DNA of 64,000 bases from Bradymonadia bacterium (lineage in GTDB: Bacteria > Myxococcota_A > Bradymonadia > UBA7976 > UBA1532). The stretch covers positions 343,598 through 407,597 of the forward strand of contig JBKAGE010000034.1 of assembly GCA_046290225.1 (NCBI GenBank), given 5' to 3'. Of the stretch, positions 17,808-27,003 are shown in pieces (positions within the stretch are counted from its first letter, which is position 1; each line of letters opens with the position of its first letter). Under the pieces are notes generated by a model. The model was given only the letters and a program-made list of their open reading frames with translations, made no database searches and was not told the origin of the DNA. Position numbers and translations under genes: made by a program.

Positions 17808-19973
17808 TCAGGGTCGGACACACCGAAAATCGTCCGCCGCCATCACCCCATCAGCGCTCTTGTCGATCAGCTCGATCTGTACTTCCCGGCCTCGCAGTGA
17901 TCGCGTGTCGAGGCTCACCCGTCGCAGCGCTCGCCCTGAGGGCACCGGCTTGCGGTGAAGCAGCTCCCCATTGGAGAGCAGCCGCACCTCGAGGCCTGGC
18001 TTTCGATCCCCTGCAGCCATCCACGTGAGGCGATCACACTCCAGAGTAAACGGCGCAGACGTCAGGCGACCCGCTTCGTCGGCGCGGTTGCTGACCATCA
18101 CCCAGTCTCCCTGTACCCCCGAAACCCTGCCTGAGCGCAGGCGGGCCCGTCGCTTTTGAGCAGGAGCCTCGGAGAAGCCCCCCGAAGCAGTCCAGCCCGT
18201 TGTCTGTCCTGCCTCGAAGTTTCCCGTGATGCCTGGGGCGAGCTCCCGGGGCTCTGGATCTTGCGCCAGCCACAGCTCTGCCGGCCTCACCAGGAAGCCA
18301 GTCTTCGCTCGAAGCACATCTTTGTCGGGCCAGACAAGCCGATCAGCGAGGTAGTACTGGCGACCAAGGCCCGGCACTCGATTGCGCTCATCCACGACCA
18401 CGGCAGCCCACTCCTTCTTCCGCAGACGGGGGCCGAGATCTTTGAGGCCCTTCATGAAAGCGACGTCCTGGATGCCCATCTGGTGCGTGTGCACCTGCCC
18501 GTCCCGGGTGTAGGCATAGAATGGGTGTGCGGGCATGAAAACCTTGCCCTTCACCTCCGACAGCTGACGGTCGAGCTGGGCCACAGCCTCGTGATCTGCG
18601 CTGCCCGGCACTTGCTCTGCGGGGTTGTATGCCAGGGCGATGAACTGCAGGGCCAGTGCAGCGGGCACGAGGGCAGTCCACCGATGACTTGAAGGTTGAG
18701 GTGTGCCTTCGGCATCACCTGCTTGGGTCAGATCCCGGACGGCCAGCGCGATCAGGATGCTCCCGAAGACGCTCAAGGGCATGAAGCAGTTGCTGTAGGC
18801 CCATTGGGTGCTGTGATTGAGCGCGCTCGAGCCTGCACCGGCGACGAACATCCAGAGCCAGAAGCCATGGGTGCGGGGGGCGATAGCCACACCGCGTCGA
18901 GCCACACGATAGGCCACCAACATCAACACCATCACCGCGGGTGGCACCATGATGAGCCAGTGAGGCTCTACATAGAACAGCTCCCGGTAGTACATGTGAG
19001 GCATGTCCTTCCAGCCGCTGTTGGCCCGCAAGAACCACGCGTAGGTCCAGTGGGCCGACAGGAGCAGGCTCGGCAGGACGATGGGCACCTTGTATCCAAA
19101 CCACAGCAGTGGGATCAGCAGGAGCACCGGCGCCAGACACAGCACATCTCGCCAGTACTCCATCAAGATGTTCTTCCAATAGAACAAGTGCCCTTGGTGA
19201 CCCTCGAAGGTGTACACCCAGAACCAGCCATCAGTGGCCTGGTTGGCCACGTACACACCAAGAGCACCCAGCCCGAAGGCAAGTGCGCCGAACACTACGC
19301 CGTGTCGCCAGTTGCGCCACAGCAAGTACACCGCGATGGCGGGGGTGAACACGCTGGCAGTCTGCTTGGTGAAGAAACCCACCACACACAGCACAGCGGC
19401 GAGGATGACGCCTCGCCATCGCGGCATCGTGTAGGCGACGTACACCGCCCACAGCATGATGGTGATGAACAACGCGTCGGGGCGGACCAGGTCATAGAAG
19501 GCCCCGTTGAGCCGGAAGAGCGAGGCGTAGATGCCCATGGCCAGCAAGCCGAAGCGCACCCCAGCCTCCCGACGGCCGATGAGGAACAAACAGTAGAACG
19601 TCGACAACGTCGCCGCGAGGGAGACGAGCCGGCCCAACGTGAAGGATAGTCCCCCAGTGATCTGGGACAGACCCCACAACGTGATCGGATACCCCGGTGT
19701 GTAGAAAAATGGCACGAAGTCAGCGCTGGGCTCGGCGTAGATCGGCTGGCCCGAGGCGAGGCGGGCGGCGTGGGCCAGCATGCCCCCCTCCATCCACTCC
19801 ACCTCGAAGGGGTAGAACACCCTGATCAAGGCGACGACCACGAAGATCACCACATAGATCAGCCCCATGGTCACGGCGACGTCGAGCAGGCGCCGAGTGA
19901 TGGGGGGCGTGTTGAACGGCTCAGTCACGGCAGCTCGCGTCAACGGAGGCTCCAGTGAGGTTGATGTCTGCAT
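17808..19973 (-). CDS. polytopic membrane protein, putative GT-C family (PMT/ArnT-like) glycosyltransferase with C-terminal periplasmic domain
   Basis: more than 10 predicted TM helices in the N-terminal 450 aa; soluble C-terminal roughly 250 aa; start assigned to internal Met (MQTSTSLEPP) to avoid overlap with the divergent gene, so start is uncertain. Confidence 0.55.
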   Translation of the reverse strand: MQTSTSLEPPLTRAAVTEPFNTPPITRRLLDVAVTMGLIYVVIFVVVALIRVFYPFEVEWMEGGMLAHAARLASGQPIYAEPSADFVPFFYTPGYPITLWGLSQITGGLSFTLGRLVSLAATLSTFYCLFLIGRREAGVRFGLLAMGIYASLFRLNGAFYDLVRPDALFITIMLWAVYVAYTMPRWRGVILAAVLCVVGFFTKQTASVFTPAIAVYLLWRNWRHGVVFGALAFGLGALGVYVANQATDGWFWVYTFEGHQGHLFYWKNILMEYWRDVLCLAPVLLLIPLLWFGYKVPIVLPSLLLSAHWTYAWFLRANSGWKDMPHMYYRELFYVEPHWLIMVPPAVMVLMLVAYRVARRGVAIAPRTHGFWLWMFVAGAGSSALNHSTQWAYSNCFMPLSVFGSILIALAVRDLTQAGDAEGTPQPSSHRWTALVPAALALQFIALAYNPAEQVPGSADHEAVAQLDRQLSEVKGKVFMPAHPFYAYTRDGQVHTHQMGIQDVAFMKGLKDLGPRLRKKEWAAVVVDERNRVPGLGRQYYLADRLVWPDKDVLRAKTGFLVRPAELWLAQDPEPRELAPGITGNFEAGQTTGWTASGGFSEAPAQKRRARLRSGRVSGVQGDWVMVSNRADEAGRLTSAPFTLECDRLTWMAAGDRKPGLEVRLLSNGELLHRKPVPSGRALRRVSLDTRSLRGREVQIELIDKSADGVMAADDFRCVRP

Positions 19974-20055
19974 CGGCGGATGCGCTGCCTGCGCAGCGCC
20001 GAGACAGGGGGCAAAGTTTGCGGCCCGGCAGTATATAGCGTTCATTCATCTGGAG

Positions 20056-22008
20056 ATGACCAGAAACCGCCCATTGTCCTGTCTCGCTGGAGGCCTCTGC
20101 GCCGGTCTCACCGTCGCGACGCTACATCTCGTGTGGCTCCTCGAGGCGCTGCCCGATGCGCTTCTGAGCCACGAACGGGCTCTGGCAGGTGCCTATGCCC
20201 TCGTACCGCTCCTCACGGTGGCCCTGCTCGTGGGCGGCGCGCTCCAGGGGGTGTGGTGGGCTCGACACCGACTGGCTGATGGCGGGCGACGATGGTTATC
20301 CCGGCTGCTCTGGGGCGCCTCGGCTCTGGCTGTATCGACGCCCGTGGCCTTGTCTCTCGGTGACCGCCTTCAGCCTGTGCTGGCCCACCCGGGAGGCTGG
20401 CCGGCGCTTCAACTGTTGCTCATCTGCGGGCTCGCCCTGCCCTGGGCGTGGGCCCTGAGTAAAATCCCAGCCTCACTGGCTTCGATCTCGAGTGTCTACC
20501 TGAGCCGGCGTCTGCCCTTCGTCGTCGCGGGCATATGTATCGTGGGGGGCCATGGCCTTGTGCATCACCTGCACAGCGTCCCCCAGGTCCAGCGGGCCCT
20601 GCTCGAGCACGCGCCGGGCTTCTCGGGCCTCGCCCTGGCGCTTCAGCCTCTCTTCGATGGCGATGGTGACGGCTTCGCTGATCGTTTTGGCGGAGGAGAC
20701 TGTGACGATGGCGATCCGAATGTGCACCCCAGCGCCCGGGAGATCCCGGGGAATGGTGTGGACGAGGATTGCTTCGGCGGTGACGCTCCGATCCTGCGCG
20801 CTCCGGAGCCCGAGGTGGCCGCGCCAGCACACCCCGACACCTTTCCCCCCGTGGAGCAACCCAACCTCGTCCTCATCACCGTCGACACGCTGCGACCTGA
20901 TGCCCTCGGCGCCTATGGCAACACCTTGGGGCACACCCCGCACCTCGACGCCCTCGCCCACGGCGGGCTGCAGTTCGACTGGGCCTTCGCCCAGGGGCCA
21001 CAGACCAAGGCCTCCGTGCCATCGATGTTCACGGGCGTCTACTTCTCCGAAGTCGATCGAACGCCTGACGCCTGGGCCCGGACCTATGAGACGCACACCA
21101 CCATCGCCGAGCACCTGAAGTCTGCGGGGTACACCACCGCGGGCGTGCCCTGTCACCGCTTCTTCTTGCCCCGGTATGGGCTGGACCAGGGCTTCGACCA
21201 CTGGGATCTCTCTGTGGTACGCGCCCACAACCAGGATGTGGTGCATCACATCACTGGGGGGGAGATCACCGAGCGAGCTTTGACGTGGTTGGAGAGCGAT
21301 GCTGCTCGGGAGAAGCCGTTCTTCTTGTGGCTGCACTACTTCGACCCACACCACTTCTACCAGGACCACGAGACCATCGAAGGTTTTGGCGCGGATGATC
21401 AGGGTCGATACGCGGAAGAGGTGGCCTACACCGATCAGCAAATCGGTGCGTTGATGCAGGCCCTCTCAGCGCCTCCCTTCGCCGATCGCACCTATGTGAT
21501 GGTGCACAGCGATCACAGCGAGGCCTTTCACGACCATGGGTACCGCTATCATGGGGCCCACCTCTACAACGATCAGATCAGGGTGCCTCTGTTGCTGTGG
21601 GGGCCAGGCCTCCAGGGTCACGTGGTGGATCAGCCCGTGGCTCTGCTCGACGTGATGCCCACCCTGCTCGCCCTCGCAGGGGCGCCACCAGAGGTACGGG
21701 CGAGAGGTCGCTCTTTGTTGGGGCACCGCGTGGGCTCGCCTCGGCAGCCTCCGCCCCGACCGATCTTCTCGGAGATGGTCAAAGACGCCACCCACAGCGC
21801 CCGGCGAGTCATCGTCGAGTGGCCCTGGAAGCTGCACTACAGCATCACCTACGACCACTATGCGCTCTTCGACCTGAGCGCAGATCCGAAGGAGCAGACG
21901 GACGTACTCGAGGCGCACCCTGACGTCGCCGAGGCCTTGAAGCGCCGGCTACGACGTTGGATGAGTCAGGAGGTTGAGCGGGCCATGCCACGATGGCCTC
22001 AGAAGTGA
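20056..22008 (+). CDS. sulfatase-family (alkaline-phosphatase superfamily) protein with N-terminal membrane domain, LtaS/EptA-like architecture
   Basis: N-terminal TM helices; sulfatase N-domain NLVLITVDTLRPDALGAYG...SVPSMFTG; canonical C/S-x-P-x-R is replaced by S-V-P-S-M. Confidence 0.7.
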   Translation: MTRNRPLSCLAGGLCAGLTVATLHLVWLLEALPDALLSHERALAGAYALVPLLTVALLVGGALQGVWWARHRLADGGRRWLSRLLWGASALAVSTPVALSLGDRLQPVLAHPGGWPALQLLLICGLALPWAWALSKIPASLASISSVYLSRRLPFVVAGICIVGGHGLVHHLHSVPQVQRALLEHAPGFSGLALALQPLFDGDGDGFADRFGGGDCDDGDPNVHPSAREIPGNGVDEDCFGGDAPILRAPEPEVAAPAHPDTFPPVEQPNLVLITVDTLRPDALGAYGNTLGHTPHLDALAHGGLQFDWAFAQGPQTKASVPSMFTGVYFSEVDRTPDAWARTYETHTTIAEHLKSAGYTTAGVPCHRFFLPRYGLDQGFDHWDLSVVRAHNQDVVHHITGGEITERALTWLESDAAREKPFFLWLHYFDPHHFYQDHETIEGFGADDQGRYAEEVAYTDQQIGALMQALSAPPFADRTYVMVHSDHSEAFHDHGYRYHGAHLYNDQIRVPLLLWGPGLQGHVVDQPVALLDVMPTLLALAGAPPEVRARGRSLLGHRVGSPRQPPPRPIFSEMVKDATHSARRVIVEWPWKLHYSITYDHYALFDLSADPKEQTDVLEAHPDVAEALKRRLRRWMSQEVERAMPRWPQK

Positions 22009-22020
22009 CAGATGACAGCT

Positions 22021-22698
22021 CTACAGCGCCGCCGCCCTGGCAAAGAGACTCTTCCCCACTCTGTGCCACCCCAGGGGGCGCGCCTCTCGAGCGGCCGGGC
22101 GTGCCTCGATGCGGTCCACGTAGGCCTGGAGTCGGGGCCATCGCTCACCGAGGATGAGCCCTCTTCGGATTTGATATCCCAAGGCCGGATAGAAGACACA
22201 GTCGGCGAGGGTGAGTGCTGGCCCGGCGATCCAAGGGTGCTCTTCGAGATGACTGGACCAGATGCTCAGCTCCTGAGCCACCCTGGCCGGCGCCGCCCGG
22301 GCTGCCTCGATTTGCTCAGACGACAACGACGACTGTTGGAGGAACAATGCTTCCAGGGGTCGATACGCCATGCGCAGACGCTCCACCTCGTACATGCGCT
22401 GGAGCATCAGTGCCATGGCCGGGCCCTCGGGACACAACGACGTCTCCGGCCGGCTGGCCTCCAGCCAGTGCAAGATGGCCATGGACTCACACACCGTCGT
22501 GCCGTCAGGCTCCACCCAGACCGGTGCCTGTCCTCTGGGGTTGATGGCCAGAAACTCAGGGCTGCGCGTCTCCCGGGTCGAGCCCATGACTTTGAGACGC
22601 CGGCTCTCGTACTCCACCCCCCGCAGGTGGCACGCCAGCATCACCTGCCAGCTCGGGATGGAGCCGTTGATCCAGTAAAGAGTGGGTCGCTCACTCAC
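22021..22698 (-). CDS. glutathione S-transferase family protein
   Basis: GST N-domain motifs (LYWINGSIPSW..., ESMAILHWLE); GTG start chosen so the overlap with the upstream gene is only 8 nt (the ATG at 22848 would overlap by 158 nt). Confidence 0.7.
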   Translation of the reverse strand: MSERPTLYWINGSIPSWQVMLACHLRGVEYESRRLKVMGSTRETRSPEFLAINPRGQAPVWVEPDGTTVCESMAILHWLEASRPETSLCPEGPAMALMLQRMYEVERLRMAYRPLEALFLQQSSLSSEQIEAARAAPARVAQELSIWSSHLEEHPWIAGPALTLADCVFYPALGYQIRRGLILGERWPRLQAYVDRIEARPAAREARPLGWHRVGKSLFARAAAL

Positions 22699-24121
22699 GA
22701 GGGCGCCCCATATCGAGGATGTCGAACCCCTGACCGTACTCTGCGTCCCAGTCGAAGTCTGGCGTACGATTCTCAAGGCCAAAGGCACGACTGAGTTGGT
22801 CACGCTGCACCGCCCAGGGCCGGCCTTCGAAACCCGGCTTGGGGGCACCCTGGCCGGAGATCGAGCCGTCCGCCTCGATGAAGGTGGAGACGGTTCGGAA
22901 GGTGAGGCTGATGCGGGCGCCGCCCTGAATCAGGGCCGAGGCGGGGCGCTCACCTTCAGTCCGTTTGTCGGGTTTGATGCCGTGTTGAAACAGGCGGTTG
23001 GTTCGCCAGCCCAGAACAAAGAGCGAGTTGTGAGGCATTTCCACCTGACGGGTGGCACCGCTGGCCTTGTCTTTGAGCACCATCATACGTGTGGCGCCGA
23101 GGCTCAGGTTCACCACCGCGCTCCCCCGCTCGATGTCGAGGGTTTTGTCGGCGTGCACCCCGATGTGGCTGTAGCCGTCAGGGTAGAGCTGAATCAACGC
23201 GTGATTGAGCCGCTGTCCGAGACGTCGCTCAGCAGCGATCTTGAGCTTCTCCACTGTGGGCGTCCAGGGCGTGAGGACGGGCTGCTCGTCTGCAGGATGA
23301 CGGTAGAGGGGCGTACGATCGTGCTCCACAGTGGCCTGGATCGCCATACGTCGGGGGACGGGGCTGCCACGGTGCACCATGTCCTGCCAGTCGATCTCGG
23401 CCATGAGATCGTCAAAGGCCGTCTCTGCCAGATCTGACGAGAGCACCCCGTACATCACCGCACTGTCGCCGGCGCCGATCCCCGACCGATCTGCACCCCA
23501 CTGGCCGAGCAGCTCCGCGGAGGAGATCAATTGTCCATAGTGTGTGCCGATGGCAGTGAGCCCGCGATGATGCCGGTTGGGCGTCGTGGCACCGATACAG
23601 TCGGCGATCGCCACCACCTCATACCCGAGGAAGAACGCATCGGCGGCGGTGGCTTGCACGCACACGTTGGCCACCACACCGGTGATGAAGACCCGCTTCA
23701 CTCCAGCCGCTCGCAGCGCGTCGTGGAGCGTCGTTTCAGTAAAGGCAGAGTACCTGTCTTTGACGATCTGTCGGTCTTCCGGTGCGACCAGCTCTGCAGC
23801 AGGTGGCCAGAGCTCGGCCCCCTCTGAGTCGGGGCGGCAACACGGACGACCCGCATGACCGCTGGCGAGGTAGTCGTCGTTCTGCGGCACCCCTTTCGCC
23901 CACGCCTCTTCAGGCCGAGGCGGCCGAACGGGTGGAGGTGCCTCCACACGCTCAGGGTAGTGGCTGGAGACCCAGAAGATCGCCATGCCTCGGCGTCGGG
24001 CCTCAGGCAGCACGGCGCCCAGGGACTCCACGAGGGCGTCGCCAGGCACTGGCCGCTTGAACATACGCTCTGCTTCGAGAAAATCTCTTTGCAGATCAAT
24101 GATGATGATGGCGTCGCTCAT
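22691..24121 (-). CDS. fusion protein: N-terminal isochorismatase-family cysteine hydrolase plus C-terminal AlkB-like 2OG-Fe(II) oxygenase domain
   Basis: AGGAGG RBS 7 nt upstream of ATG (MSDAIIIIDLQRDF); isochorismatase motifs (VFITGVVANVCV...DC); C-terminal LYPDGYSHIGVHADKT...NLSLG...R.N..HGI (HxD...H dioxygenase motif). Confidence 0.7.
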   Translation of the reverse strand: MSDAIIIIDLQRDFLEAERMFKRPVPGDALVESLGAVLPEARRRGMAIFWVSSHYPERVEAPPPVRPPRPEEAWAKGVPQNDDYLASGHAGRPCCRPDSEGAELWPPAAELVAPEDRQIVKDRYSAFTETTLHDALRAAGVKRVFITGVVANVCVQATAADAFFLGYEVVAIADCIGATTPNRHHRGLTAIGTHYGQLISSAELLGQWGADRSGIGAGDSAVMYGVLSSDLAETAFDDLMAEIDWQDMVHRGSPVPRRMAIQATVEHDRTPLYRHPADEQPVLTPWTPTVEKLKIAAERRLGQRLNHALIQLYPDGYSHIGVHADKTLDIERGSAVVNLSLGATRMMVLKDKASGATRQVEMPHNSLFVLGWRTNRLFQHGIKPDKRTEGERPASALIQGGARISLTFRTVSTFIEADGSISGQGAPKPGFEGRPWAVQRDQLSRAFGLENRTPDFDWDAEYGQGFDILDMGRPRE

Positions 24122-24229
24122 GACTTCGTCCTCCTGGCAGCGAAAAATATCATCATTCTTTTCGAATCGGTGTCCCATGATGCGCAGCCGACGTGTCTCC
24201 ACACTGTGACCACCACGGGAGCATGGTTC

Positions 24230-25987
24230 ATGGGCCGATCACTGTTGACATCCAGCACCTCGCCAGTGGCCAGAGCATTGCCATCGACGTCGTGGCTGAG
24301 CCCACTGTCCCTGGCGCTGTGCGCCAGCCTCTGGCTGGCGTCCATGGCCCAGGCCCGTGAGGTCAACGAGGCCGCAGATCAACTGCCCATCGCTGAGCGG
24401 TATGCCCTGGTGGTGGGGCACAACCAGCCCGGCCCTGGTCAATCTGCGCTGCGCTATGCCGAGCAGGACGCCGAAGCCTTCGCTGATGTCCTCACCACGC
24501 TCGGTGGGTTCCCCGAGGATCGCGTGATGCTGTTGCGGCAGCCCACAGCGGCGAAGGTTCGAGCGGCGTTGAGCCATCTCGAAGCCGAGGTGGGCGCTCA
24601 ACACGATCGAGGGGCCCGAACTCTGGTGACGTTCTACTATTCAGGTCACGCCCGCCGTGATCGCCTCGACCTCGGGGCTGATCCCCTGCCCCTCGAGGAG
24701 CTGCGGGCCAGCCTGGAGGGCCTCGAGGCCACAGTGACGCTGGTGGTGCTCGATGCATGCCGCAGCGGTTCGTTCTCCCGGGCCAAGGGGGCCACCGCAG
24801 TGGCCGACTTCGGGTTCGACCGCGCCCGGCAGCTGGACACTCGAGGGTTGGCGGTGATGGCCTCCAGCGCGGCGGAGGAGCTGAGCCAGGAGTCCGAGCG
24901 CCTACAAGGCTCGTTCTTCACCCATCACTTGCTCGCTGCTCTCCGTGGCGCCGGCGACACCGATACAGATGGTCGAGTGTCCCTGCGAGAGGCCTACACA
25001 TATGCCTACAACCAGACCTTGGTGAGCACGGCTCAGACTGCCATCGGCCAACAGCATGTCTCCTTCGAAACAGGCCTCGAAGGCCGCGGCGCTCTGTGGC
25101 TCACTGCGCCAGGTGAGAACGGCAGTCAGCTCGTGCTCCCCTCTGACCTCGCTGGTGAAGCCCTCGTCACCCACCAGGGCCCCTCGGGCACCACAGTGAT
25201 CGCCGAGCTGCACCGGCCTCAGAATGGTGCTGTCAGCCTCGCGGTGAGCCCAGGTCGGTACCAGACGCTCCTGCGTCAGGGGGATCAAATCGGCACCTGT
25301 GTCACCACAGTGGCCCCTGGAGCGCGGCAGAGCGTCTCCCCAGCACAGTGTGCCTTCGGCCCGGTCACAGCCACCGTGGACAAGGGGGCCCTCGGCGCTG
25401 AGGGGACGGATACGCCTTCGCGCAGATGGTCCGTGGAAGTCGCCCTTGGCCTCGCCGACACCCAAGACTCGCCTTACACCGATCGACTGCGAGATTTCGA
25501 CTATCACCGACAGGACGCCCTCTTCGATCTCGTGCCCCGCTATGTGGTGGGTGCTGGCTATCAGCTCGACGATGTGTGGAGCGTGCATCTCACGGGTCGA
25601 AACCTCGGCCAGGCACGATGGCGAATTCATGCTGATGGCGCTGACGACGTCGACACCAATGGCGATACCGACTTCACGTTCAACACATTGGCTCTCACCG
25701 TACACCTGCGTCGACAGGTGAACCTCTTCGATGGGCGCCTGGTGCCCTATGTGCAAGCTGGAGCCGGACCCGCCCTGGCGTGGAGTCGCCTCGAGAACAG
25801 CCCCATCGAATATCACGGCGGTTTTGCGCTGATGGGTGGTGCGGGCGTGCAGCTGATGCCGTGGGACGTCCTCGGGGGCTTCGTGGAGTTCTCCTGGAGC
25901 TACGCGCCGGTCATGGAAAACCTCATCGGCGATACCCACGATCACGGTGGTCGCGCCTTCATCTTCGGCCTGAGAGGAGCCCTCTGA
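24230..25987 (+). CDS. caspase-family (peptidase C14) protein with signal peptide and C-terminal beta-rich domain
   Basis: signal peptide MGRSLLTSSTSPVARALPSTSWLSPLSLALCASLWLASMAQA; catalytic dyad context YYSGHA ... LVVLDACRSG; GGGAG RBS upstream. Confidence 0.75.
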   Translation: MGRSLLTSSTSPVARALPSTSWLSPLSLALCASLWLASMAQAREVNEAADQLPIAERYALVVGHNQPGPGQSALRYAEQDAEAFADVLTTLGGFPEDRVMLLRQPTAAKVRAALSHLEAEVGAQHDRGARTLVTFYYSGHARRDRLDLGADPLPLEELRASLEGLEATVTLVVLDACRSGSFSRAKGATAVADFGFDRARQLDTRGLAVMASSAAEELSQESERLQGSFFTHHLLAALRGAGDTDTDGRVSLREAYTYAYNQTLVSTAQTAIGQQHVSFETGLEGRGALWLTAPGENGSQLVLPSDLAGEALVTHQGPSGTTVIAELHRPQNGAVSLAVSPGRYQTLLRQGDQIGTCVTTVAPGARQSVSPAQCAFGPVTATVDKGALGAEGTDTPSRRWSVEVALGLADTQDSPYTDRLRDFDYHRQDALFDLVPRYVVGAGYQLDDVWSVHLTGRNLGQARWRIHADGADDVDTNGDTDFTFNTLALTVHLRRQVNLFDGRLVPYVQAGAGPALAWSRLENSPIEYHGGFALMGGAGVQLMPWDVLGGFVEFSWSYAPVMENLIGDTHDHGGRAFIFGLRGAL

Positions 25988-26520
25988 TGTGGAACAGTAC
26001 CCGTAAAATCTGCGCCCTGGCCCTCGTAGCCCCCATGTTGATGGGCAACACGTGTGATGCGCTGCTCAACGACGATCCCTTCTTCGAAGCCTGGTGCGGC
26101 GAGTCACTGTGTGACTGGACGGTGGAGGCAGGCACCGTGCGCAAGGTGTCCACCTGGCACAGCGCAGATCACGGCGTCGCCCTCGATGGACCCCAGGTGG
26201 CCATCAGCCAGATCTTTGAAGAGCGCGATGTGGACTGCCTCTTCATCGATCTGCTCACAGACGTCAGCCCAGGTGCCAATGTCGAGCTGCTCGTCGACTT
26301 CGGCCTCGATGGGGATGTCGACGTGCGGCACGCCATCGACGGACGTGATTGGAACGAGGTGAACTACTACATCACCCCTCCGGCGCCGGATGCTTCAGGG
26401 AAAACGGCCATGAAGCTGACCATCGAGAAGACCGGCGATGCCCGAGCAGTCCTCGGCCGCATCGCGCTGTACGACACCGCCCGAGAGCACTGTACGGCAC
26501 CGCCGACGGAGACTGACTGA
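25987..26520 (+). CDS. small secreted Cys-containing protein, function unknown (translationally coupled to the caspase gene)
   Basis: ATG overlaps the upstream stop (TGATG); signal peptide MWNSTRKICALALVAPMLMGNTC. Confidence 0.55.
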   Translation: MWNSTRKICALALVAPMLMGNTCDALLNDDPFFEAWCGESLCDWTVEAGTVRKVSTWHSADHGVALDGPQVAISQIFEERDVDCLFIDLLTDVSPGANVELLVDFGLDGDVDVRHAIDGRDWNEVNYYITPPAPDASGKTAMKLTIEKTGDARAVLGRIALYDTAREHCTAPPTETD

Positions 26521-26523
26521 GCC

Positions 26524-27003
26524 GTGGAGATCTACGCGCTGTACGGCCCGGCGTTGGTGCGCAAGGCCACCCGGATCCTGCACAGCGAAGACGACGCTCG
26601 AGATGTGGTGCAGGGGCTGTTCCTCGATCTGCTGAAGAAGCGAAAGACCGAGGCCACCCTGCCCTACCTCTATCAGGCCATCACGCGCCGTTGCCTGAAC
26701 CATCTGCGGGACACGCGCAATCGGCAGCGGCTGCTCGACGCCCATGGCGACATGCTCACGCCTTCAGGGGCGTCCACCCTTGAGGGGCGCACCCTCGACC
26801 GGGCCCTCATCGTGGCCCTTGCCCAACGCCTCGATCGAAAACGGTTCGAAGTGATGGTGCACCGCTACATCGACGAGATGGGGGTCGAGGAGATCGCCCA
26901 GCTCACGGGTCGCAGCCGGAAGACCATCGGCCGCTGGCTCAGCCAGATCACCCAGGAAGCCCGGCGCCTCGCCGCTGAGTCTGCAGGAGACGACCATGCA
27001 TGA
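26524..27003 (+). CDS. RNA polymerase sigma factor, ECF subfamily
   Basis: sigma-70 region 2 (DDARDVVQGLFLDLL) and region 4 (VMVHRYIDEMGVEEIAQLTGRSRKTIGRWL). Confidence 0.8.
   Translation: MEIYALYGPALVRKATRILHSEDDARDVVQGLFLDLLKKRKTEATLPYLYQAITRRCLNHLRDTRNRQRLLDAHGDMLTPSGASTLEGRTLDRALIVALAQRLDRKRFEVMVHRYIDEMGVEEIAQLTGRSRKTIGRWLSQITQEARRLAAESAGDDHA

Noticed and set aside
22699-22848. Longer GST start at ATG 22848
   Set aside because: Would overlap the upstream fusion gene by 158 nt; the GTG at 22698 gives a normal GST length and an 8-nt operon overlap.
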